From contig JAICSH010000006.1 in NCBI GenBank assembly GCA_025936995.1, forward strand, positions 6,575-70,574: a stretch of 64,000 nucleotides of DNA. Reading direction: 5' to 3'. How positions within the stretch are numbered: the stretch's first letter is position 1; every line of letters starts with the position of its first letter. The translations under genes and the position numbers were made by a program. This stretch comes from Thermoleophilia bacterium (GTDB taxonomy: Bacteria > Actinomycetota > Thermoleophilia > Gaiellales > Gaiellaceae). The notes below the pieces were generated by a model. That model had not been told where the DNA came from. It ran no database searches and saw nothing but the letters and a program-made list of their open reading frames with translations. Below are positions 63,144 through 64,000 of the stretch, in pieces.

Positions 63144-63728
63144 TCAGACGACATGCCAGTCCTCCGGTAGCCGCAGCGGCTCCCACTCCGTCGGCGGACG
63201 CCAGTCCTCCCAGCCGGTCGGCCACGGCTTCGCTGCGATCACGCGCTCGCCTTCGGCTCGCACCTCGGCTGCGGCGGCGGGGTCGAGGATCCCGAGCTCC
63301 TGCGCCTCGGCGAAGTCGTCCTCGTCCTTCCAGCGCCAGCTGCCGTCCGGATCGACCCAGACGTCGAGAGCCCAATCGGTCTGGTCGAAGCGGTCGCCGC
63401 GAATCGCGAGCGGTGCCTGGAGGTTCACGTACCAGCAGACGAGGTTCCAGTCGTGGTCCCAGCAGAGCTCGACCGTGTGCGCGTCGCCGGCACGCATGAA
63501 GCGGAGTACGTGGCCCTTGTCCCAGACCTGGTCGACCGGAGGAACCCCGTTCATCCAGGCCTCGAGGTAGCGGCCGTCGGCGTCCCGCGTCATGCCCTTG
63601 CCGGCGTTCCCAGGCTGGCAGTACAGGCCGTGCCTTCCCTCCCATTCGCCGACGTAGCGGGACGGGAAGCACCAGCGGACGTGGCCGCCGTAGATGCTCC
63701 GGAAGAGGACCGCGTCGCCGGGCTTCAC
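63144..63728 (-). CDS. DUF402-domain protein (FomD-like nucleotide phosphatase family)
   Basis: The Trp/Asp-rich beta-barrel-like sequence is typical of DUF402 (DLALDVWV-type: WALDVWVDPDG). GTG 63728 overlaps the upstream stop (GTGA). Confidence 0.75.
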   Translation of the reverse strand: MKPGDAVLFRSIYGGHVRWCFPSRYVGEWEGRHGLYCQPGNAGKGMTRDADGRYLEAWMNGVPPVDQVWDKGHVLRFMRAGDAHTVELCWDHDWNLVCWYVNLQAPLAIRGDRFDQTDWALDVWVDPDGSWRWKDEDDFAEAQELGILDPAAAAEVRAEGERVIAAKPWPTGWEDWRPPTEWEPLRLPEDWHVV

Positions 63729-64000
63729 CGGTCGAGCGCCTCGAAGCCGACGAACCCAGCACCGATGAGACCGGCCGCGGTGCCCAGCTCGGCCTTCGCC
63801 AGTCGCACCGCGCCGCGCATCGGCTCGAGCGCTTCGCGGCGCAGGACCTCCTCCGCCGGGCCGCTCAGGTACTCGTACGCGGCGACACCGAAGCCGCCGC
63901 CGAGGATGACGAGCCGCGGGCCGAACACGTTGACGAACGAGCCGAGCCCGGAGCCGAGATGGCGGGCGACCTCCTCGAGCAGCGCCTTCGCCTTCGCGTC
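63725..64000 (-). CDS. ROK-family protein (sugar kinase/regulator), C-terminal fragment (5' end outside the window)
   Basis: The frame is open to the window edge. ...LVILGGGFG...AELGTAAGLIGA is the ROK C-terminal signature. Confidence 0.65.
   Translation of the reverse strand, partial: DAKAKALLEEVARHLGSGLGSFVNVFGPRLVILGGGFGVAAYEYLSGPAEEVLRREALEPMRGAVRLAKAELGTAAGLIGAGFVGFEALDR

Overview
Very GC-rich, densely coding actinobacterial-type chromosomal segment (third codon positions are almost all G/C). I call about 70 CDS and one tRNA. I saw no rRNA, CRISPR array, transposase or integrase. Many long Arg/Pro/Gly-rich ORFs in the six-frame track are antisense or out-of-frame shadows of real genes and were ignored. 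All start codons are chosen by eye and are uncertain by tens of nt. The right part (about 38-64 kb, minus strand) is the conserved actinobacterial housekeeping block rsmI / M23 peptidase / metG-tatD-rsmA-ispE / tRNA-Gln-glmU-prs / ctc-pth / mfd / PPIase-mazG-eno-(pyk)-ftsB-DUF501. It is interrupted by a Leu/Val-type dehydrogenase gene, a MarR-MMPL-MFS module and an HTH-REC regulator. The left part (0-38 kb) is more accessory and holds the main points of interest. (1) A SipW-type (S26B) signal peptidase operon follows three secreted proteins that share one N-terminal motif. Its stop overlaps the start of a PAS histidine kinase gene (ATGA). (2) An overlapping-gene operon encodes acyl-CoA dehydrogenase, a stand-alone LanC-like protein, a SAM methyltransferase and a ring-cleaving dioxygenase. 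(3) An AT-rich 15-21 bp palindrome (core GTAACACTTTGTTAC; full form CTAGTAACACTTTGTTACTAG in one copy) occurs as two pairs 13 kb apart, in a composite repeat I cannot assign to any known element. A separate GC-rich REP-like palindrome family is also present. (4) A rhodanese-E1 / CysO / CysM / JAMM cysteine-synthesis cluster is present, and its carrier protein ends in GG-Leu. (5) An SOS (LexA) box sits against the promoter of a radical-SAM SplB-like gene. (6) A seven-gene envelope operon joins CcdA, CcmH, two TlpA paralogues, an L,D-transpeptidase, a multi-GAF PP2C phosphatase and a Zn-ribbon protein. Three genome-style features recur: 4-nt ATGA/GTGA start-stop overlaps, convergent genes sharing stop codons (CTAG), and TANNNT hexamers 6-7 nt upstream of start codons, which suggests leaderless mRNAs.
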